Shown: positions 58,841 to 64,000 of the stretch, piece after piece
Position numbering within the stretch: the first letter of the stretch is position 1
How the letters are laid out: each line of letters begins with the position of its first letter
From: a virus
Lineage: Duplodnaviria > Caudoviricetes
Strand: one strand, 5' to 3'
DNA: 64,000 nucleotides
IMG/VR virus record: IMGVR_UViG_3300029976_000159
Span: 1 to 64,000 of that record
Notes under the pieces: generated by a model
Seen by the model: the letters and a program-made list of their open reading frames with translations, nothing else
What the model was told of the DNA's origin: nothing
The model's database searches: none
Translations under genes and position numbers: made by a program

Positions 58841-59872
58841 TTATTCTATCTCATAAGTTATTTTACTATTATATGTAGTGATTTCCAACTTATTTTCATC
58901 GTATCCTTCCCGAGATGTATCAAAAAGTACTATAATATCATCGGGGTGAAAAGTTACAATTCCCTCTTGGAGAGATACATACAACATATTTTTCGAAGAT
59001 ACTGCAGGCTTAAGCGGAATCTTCTTAAGAATGTTATTACTTCCGTATACTTTTATCTTATCTCCGTAATATCTTGATTCTGTAAGTAAATCCGCAAACG
59101 CATCTAGATCAAATACTGGACCAATTAGAGTTTTTTCTTCATAGTGTAATTTGAATAATTTCTCTGTGGTTTGAAAATCGTTTTTTCTACAAGTAGTACG
59201 TTTTACATCTTTATACCATATGACATCAAAATCTTCAGGCGCATTTTGCTCTGATATAAAAACGTAATTCTTTTTACTAATTTTTCTAACCCAATTCCAA
59301 AAGTGAGTATAATCCATTTTTGGCTGATTACTATAACCGTATTTTTTAGTTCCTTGGTACGGTGGATCAAGATAAATCACAGCGTCTTGGATATTCTCAT
59401 CTAAGTCCCAATAATTTTGACACTTAAACTTAATTCCTTGCAAATTTGGGGCTTGCGCTTTTAGGTTATTATAAGCTTCTACGTAATAGTTGCGCCCTGG
59501 TGTATTTCGAGCGAAACCGAGCGGGAATCCACCATTACTATAACTGCCGAGAAATTCTATTGCGCCTATTTCTGCAAGCGTCATATCTGAGGGCATAACT
59601 CCATCTTTAACATAACCCTTACCTTTGTCCCATTGTTCTCTATTACCGTCTGTTGGAATTTTATCAAAATCTTCAGCTGATTGTTCCAAGAGAGCAATTA
59701 GTGTGTCACTTCTGTCATAAGCGTATTTATTTTTACATTTAATTTTATCTATTATATTACAACCACCGCAAAAACATTCAATATAAGTTTTTACGTTATT
59801 ATCATCAATTGTCTTTTGAAGTATAGGAACAATATACTTTGCATATCTAGCCTTAGAACCCATATAAATCAT
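58841..59872 (-). CDS. DNA adenine methyltransferase (Dam/D12-like) with extra C-terminal region
   Basis: 'YMGSK', 'ECFCGG', 'YLDPPY', 'FISE'. Confidence 0.85.
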   Translation of the reverse strand: MIYMGSKARYAKYIVPILQKTIDDNNVKTYIECFCGGCNIIDKIKCKNKYAYDRSDTLIALLEQSAEDFDKIPTDGNREQWDKGKGYVKDGVMPSDMTLAEIGAIEFLGSYSNGGFPLGFARNTPGRNYYVEAYNNLKAQAPNLQGIKFKCQNYWDLDENIQDAVIYLDPPYQGTKKYGYSNQPKMDYTHFWNWVRKISKKNYVFISEQNAPEDFDVIWYKDVKRTTCRKNDFQTTEKLFKLHYEEKTLIGPVFDLDAFADLLTESRYYGDKIKVYGSNNILKKIPLKPAVSSKNMLYVSLQEGIVTFHPDDIIVLFDTSREGYDENKLEITTYNSKITYEIE

Positions 59873-60528
59873 TAATTTACCCTCCTTATCCAGTGACAAA
59901 TGGTTTCTTTAGTTTCTTTGCGCTTGTCCCATATAAACCATGCATAGGCTTGCGCAGAAGAAGCTTTAACGCTTGTATCTCCACCTTTATAACATTGGAT
60001 TCTGTCCACGTATATATAGACATCTGTCGGCGGATTTTTAGATAGAATGGTATCGTATCGATTTTTTCCCTCCAAAAACTGGAGTCGTCCAAGCATAATT
60101 ATCCCTTCTTGCGCCATTTCTAAGGCTCTAATCGTGAAGGGTTCTATGGTTGCGTAAGGGGGATTCATAATAATCCAATCTACCTCAGGTAAGTCGATTC
60201 CATAATTATCAGCCAAAAAATCATTTTTTTCTCCAAAATCAATAACAACTTTATTAGAAAATTTATTTTTTCTTTCTTGAAACTCTGTACTAATTAAGCG
60301 CACATTTTTTTGATTATTTCTTGAGAGATAATCCGCAATACCAGCGCTCATGTGTCCCTCGCCGGCGCAAGGTTCAAGAATTATTTTATTTGAAAAATCA
60401 TAGTTTAAAACAGATAATATGTTTTCCACTTCTTCCGTTGGAGTTGCATAATAATCGAACTGATCTCTCGTTTTATGATTTTTATCATAACTATTATATA
60501 ATCCTTTGGTTGTATAATTTTCAGCCAT
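59872..60528 (-). CDS. N6-adenine DNA methyltransferase
   Basis: 'DYYATP', 'ILEPCAGEGH', 'IMNPPY'. Confidence 0.85.
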   Translation of the reverse strand: MAENYTTKGLYNSYDKNHKTRDQFDYYATPTEEVENILSVLNYDFSNKIILEPCAGEGHMSAGIADYLSRNNQKNVRLISTEFQERKNKFSNKVVIDFGEKNDFLADNYGIDLPEVDWIIMNPPYATIEPFTIRALEMAQEGIIMLGRLQFLEGKNRYDTILSKNPPTDVYIYVDRIQCYKGGDTSVKASSAQAYAWFIWDKRKETKETICHWIRRVN

Positions 60529-60763
60529 TTTCTTTACCCACCATTCTTTCTATCGCCTCATTAGCTTTTTCCTCAGCTACAGCTAATAAGACCTTTTGTA
60601 TGATAAATGCTACAGTTCCCATAGTTGTAGCGTTATCTATTAAATATTTTGAAAATTTTTCACTTTCTACTACCTTTTGGACTTCATTTAAATCGACCTC
60701 TACTTCATATGCTTCATCAGTTGTCGATATTACGTTGCCAAGCGGCAAAGGCATTTCTTCCAT
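60521..60763 (-). CDS. Hypothetical protein
   Basis: 80-aa ORF with AAGGAG RBS, in operon. Confidence 0.65.
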   Translation of the reverse strand: MEEMPLPLGNVISTTDEAYEVEVDLNEVQKVVESEKFSKYLIDNATTMGTVAFIIQKVLLAVAEEKANEAIERMVGKENG

Positions 60764-60774
60764 ATTATTCTCCT

Positions 60775-61926
60775 TTAATAATTTCTAATTATTGTCAGCC
60801 GATCTACAGCTCTAGTAATCGCCGTATAAAGCCATCTCGCATACTCAGTACCATAGAGAGTTTCATCTAAGACCAAAACCTTAGAATATTCGCCACCCTG
60901 AGCCTTATGTACTGTAATAGCGTACGCATAATCAAACAATGTCTTAGGGTGAAAGCCTCGAGGAATCTCAGTATAGGTTTTTTTGTTAATAGTTGGCTCA
61001 CCAGTTAAAAATAAATTATAGTCAGCTGATAATTTAACAAAAGTATTTTCAGGTTTTTGTAAATCGGTATTAAAATTAATTACCATTTTTTTATTTGTAT
61101 AGGGTTGTGGAGTTAAAGAAATTTTTGTTAATTGTCCTGTTAATCCATTAGTGAGAAAATCTCCAACGCCATTTTGAATTTTCCAATTGTTGCGCAAACA
61201 AATTATTTTATCTCCAACTTGAGGTTCTAGTTTACCGGGAAATTTTTGCTGGCGCACATAAGTATTAATCATATGACGAGTTTTATTTTTTCCGCATAAA
61301 ACTTGATCAGCCCATGTAAGCATACCATCTACAAAATCTTTTTTATCAAAAATTTGTACTTCTTTACCTTTCATCAAAGGTAGGGATTTTCCATTTCTTA
61401 CATCCATTGATAAACGAATAATTTCACTTTCTTGCGCTTGACGCATTATTTCATCTAAAAAAATATGCGCATGAGCCAGTATTCCATTATCTTCACCAAT
61501 TGGCGGTAATTGAAATGGATCACCTAAAGCAATAATCGGTATATGATGGCTTAATAATAAATTCCACAATTCCTTTGGTAACATAGAAATTTCATCTACA
61601 ACTATTAATTTATAATTTCCTAAATAACGCTTTGGAGTTAATATACATTCACCGGTTTTGTGAACAAAATATACGTCGTATAATAATCTATGCGTGGTTG
61701 TTGCATTAGGATTACCTTTTGACTGTAATACTTGTGTTGCACGACCTGTATATGCCGTATAATACACATCTGTAACTGGATCTAATCCCATAGCATCAAT
61801 AATGAAATGTACTAAAGTTGTTTTGCCAGAACCTGCCAGACCAGCAATACAAGTATAGGGTTCTTTATTTTTAAACCGTTCGAGCGCAATCTTTAATCCT
61901 TCTTCTTGTTTTTGCGTTAATACCAT
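60775..61926 (-). CDS. SF1B helicase (RecD/Dda-like)
   Basis: 'GLAGSGKT', 'VDEISM', 'GDPFQLPPI', 'YAITVHKAQG', 'YTAITRA'. Confidence 0.9.
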   Translation of the reverse strand: MVLTQKQEEGLKIALERFKNKEPYTCIAGLAGSGKTTLVHFIIDAMGLDPVTDVYYTAYTGRATQVLQSKGNPNATTTHRLLYDVYFVHKTGECILTPKRYLGNYKLIVVDEISMLPKELWNLLLSHHIPIIALGDPFQLPPIGEDNGILAHAHIFLDEIMRQAQESEIIRLSMDVRNGKSLPLMKGKEVQIFDKKDFVDGMLTWADQVLCGKNKTRHMINTYVRQQKFPGKLEPQVGDKIICLRNNWKIQNGVGDFLTNGLTGQLTKISLTPQPYTNKKMVINFNTDLQKPENTFVKLSADYNLFLTGEPTINKKTYTEIPRGFHPKTLFDYAYAITVHKAQGGEYSKVLVLDETLYGTEYARWLYTAITRAVDRLTIIRNY

Positions 61927-61954
61927 TAATCTCTTTTCCTCCCCTCTTATTATA

Positions 61955-61983
61955 ATAATATCATATTTTTTTTGAAAAGTAAA
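61955..61983 (-). promoter_or_regulatory. sigmaA-type promoter for the helicase operon
   Basis: TTTACT, 17 bp, TG-N-TATTAT. Confidence 0.55.
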
Positions 61984-61993
61984 ATGAAGTGAA

Positions 61994-62326
61994 TTACTTC
62001 ACTTCATTTTGTAATATATCCCATAAATCTTCTATTGTTTTTAATGATATGGGATTATTCTCTGCGTCTATTACCGCGCTATCACTCCAAGTTTTGTTGC
62101 CGCAATCCAACTCATATACCCAGTATGAAATCCACTCGTTTTTATCGTCCATGATTCGCTCCAAAAGCTCAAGAACATCAGAAACAAGGTTGGGCATATA
62201 AATTCCACTTGGATAATATCTTTCATTAGATTTATTATAAAAGTGCAGTGTTTCATCTAATGCGTCTTGCAATTCAATCAAATCAACTACCCTTGTCATA
62301 TATTTAATAAAATCTTCTTTGTTCAT
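61994..62326 (-). CDS. Hypothetical protein
   Basis: AAGGAG RBS; 'WISYWVYELDCG..IEDLWDIL'. Confidence 0.7.
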   Translation of the reverse strand: MNKEDFIKYMTRVVDLIELQDALDETLHFYNKSNERYYPSGIYMPNLVSDVLELLERIMDDKNEWISYWVYELDCGNKTWSDSAVIDAENNPISLKTIEDLWDILQNEVK

Positions 62327-62423
62327 GATTTTTCTCCTTTTATGTAAATTTACAATCAAAATTTCTTAAACCCATTTTCGTTTTGGGTCGCGGTACTATG
62401 CGCTCGCGTACGGTCGGGGCAAG

Positions 62424-63962
62424 TCAAAAGTACCAGTTCTAAACCCCCACTATCTCGTAATCTTCTATTATTATTTGAGGAGTAATAGTACCATTCCACT
62501 CGTTTTTAACACATCTCCCTACGATATTTAATCTAGGCTGACTAAATTCAGAAGTTTGTAAGCTATCATATTCCTCTTGAGAAGATTTAAACTTAATACA
62601 AGCTAGCCCATTAGGTAAAATAATTTTTAAAGTGGGGTTTCGATCGGGTGACATGAGCCGTATGGTTGACGGAATAACGTTCTCGAACGCTAATTTAGGT
62701 TCCTCAACTCCCTGACCCCATAGATGCGATAACTGACAAATGCTTTCTAAATCTTGATAATCACCGGGAGTTATATCTCGATATATACGGTCTACCTTGT
62801 AAGTCGGTGTAAAATCAAAATCTTCTAAATATTCTTCCGTTCTTGTTATTAATTTAGCTATACACTTATCTGGAACGGAAACCCCAAACGCTTGCGCATG
62901 TCCCTGCGCATATCCGCCCCAGTTTTCCACTCCTATGTCCTCAAGCAATCCTCGGAAGTCGTGAAGCGCGCATCTACTATATCCTCTTCCAGACCCTATC
63001 CACCAAACTTCTCCATTTTCATCGATTGTTTCATTTAATAGTAATGTGGGGCGTTGATACTTATTCATAAGCACATTAGCTATTAATCCTGTTAAATTTC
63101 TATCACAACTTGTTGCTTTTGGTAATTGAACAATTAAAATTTTTTTATCTAATAAGTTATTACTCGCAATAATGTTTTCCGCAATTTCTAACCCGTGATC
63201 ACGTATTTTTGTTTGTTTATTTTTAACATTTCCGCACACTCTACAAGCTTGTTCATAAAGAATTTCTGTATCCCCCAAGTGATGTCCTCTCTTGGTTGAA
63301 GGTACTTTTTCACCGCCTTTAAATTCAAGCATCGATTCAAATACCAATATTTTTTCTTGTAAAGAACCCACTCTTATCGTTGCATTAACATAAGGTGCTA
63401 TATAAAAAGCAAAACCCGTAGGAGTTATTTCATTTCCTAAAGAAAATGAATTTTTCTTACACATTTCCCTTATGTAAGGATTGTTAATATTTGCTAAACC
63501 TTTTTCTATTAATCTCTTGGTTTCGGGTGATTTCAATGACATAACATCGGCAATATTACCCAATGCCACCAAATCAAGCATACAGTCGCTATATGCAGTA
63601 TGTCTTAGTTTATCTATATATTTGCAGAGTTTATATACAATGCCTACTCCAGATAAATTTTTGTTAGGATAATCACACAGTTGATTATTTACAACACAAG
63701 CATATTCACTCACTTTTGGAGCTTCATGATGGTCAAGAATAAGAACATTAATTCCTTTTTCTTTAAGTATTTTATGCTGTTCATAATCATTGCTTCCTGA
63801 ATCCGCACAAATAAGCAGTTCTGTATCTTTTGGAATTAAATCTAAATCTATTCCATGCTGCTTACCCTCATGCATAACATAAGTGATATTTTCGAAATTA
63901 GGAAATTGTTTATATAAATAATTAATAAGGAAGGCTGAGCTTGTAAAGCCATCTGCATCCGG
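62424..63962 (-). CDS. recJ: RecJ-like DHH ssDNA exonuclease, 3' exon (5' part outside the window)
   Basis: 'PDADG', 'HG', 'DSGSN', 'LDHH', 'SGVG', 'GSGR', 'GHAQAFG'. TAG at 62439 reads through to 'QNWYF' and TGA. Confidence 0.9.
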
Positions 63963-64000
63963 TCTTTATACCTTGGCTTTCGCCAAGGAGTAGACCATAC
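63963..64000 (-). mobile_element. 3' end of a probable group I intron interrupting recJ
   Basis: Minus strand reads GTATGGTCTA (S/P7'-like), hairpin CCTTGGC-GAAA-GCCAAGG (P9, GNRA loop), TATAAAGA, then exon CCG GAT GCA GAT GGC. An in-frame TAA lies just upstream of the motif. Confidence 0.7.

Noticed and set aside
5478-63672. Short antisense and alternate-frame ORFs in the track (e.g. 5884-6177, 8461-8778, 12504-12773, 22593-22910, 53720-54010, 57082-57336, 60321-60788)
   Set aside because: They overlap well-supported genes, show no recognisable motifs, and are best explained as shadow ORFs.
1-64000. Suppressor tRNA (CUA) or release-factor gene
   Set aside because: I recognised no cloverleaf/T-loop signature or RF-like ORF by eye. 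It may lie elsewhere in the genome; tRNAscan-SE or ARAGORN is needed.

Overview
This window is part of a large, AT-rich tailed-phage genome, probably a long-tailed siphovirus of an anaerobic Firmicute (inferred from sigmaA-type promoters, an AbrB/SpoVT-type regulator and class III RNR). The key to reading it is that TAG encodes Gln (genetic code 15). The supplied ORF track is fragmented at in-frame TAGs, and reading TAG as Q restores long continuous genes and conserved motifs. The + strand (about 2-48.7 kb) carries the packaging, head and tail module: a terminase-small-like gene split by a group I intron with an HNH homing endonuclease, terL, portal, protease/scaffold, major capsid, neck genes, major tail, a 2974-aa tape measure and very large tail-tip/fibre proteins. 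These are followed by a separately delimited six-gene cassette of unknown function (46.1-48.7 kb), the best candidate for an undescribed system. The - strand (48.7-64 kb) carries holin-like, RuvC, dUTPase, NrdG/NrdD, guanylate kinase, DnaE, two adenine MTases, an SF1 helicase and RecJ, the last interrupted by a second group I intron at the window edge. TAG use is strongly bimodal between replication and late genes and broadly tracks two different promoter classes. I saw no tRNA, release factor, integrase, endolysin or CRISPR array. Coordinates of recoded genes come from my manual read-through, and product names rest on motifs and synteny, not database searches.
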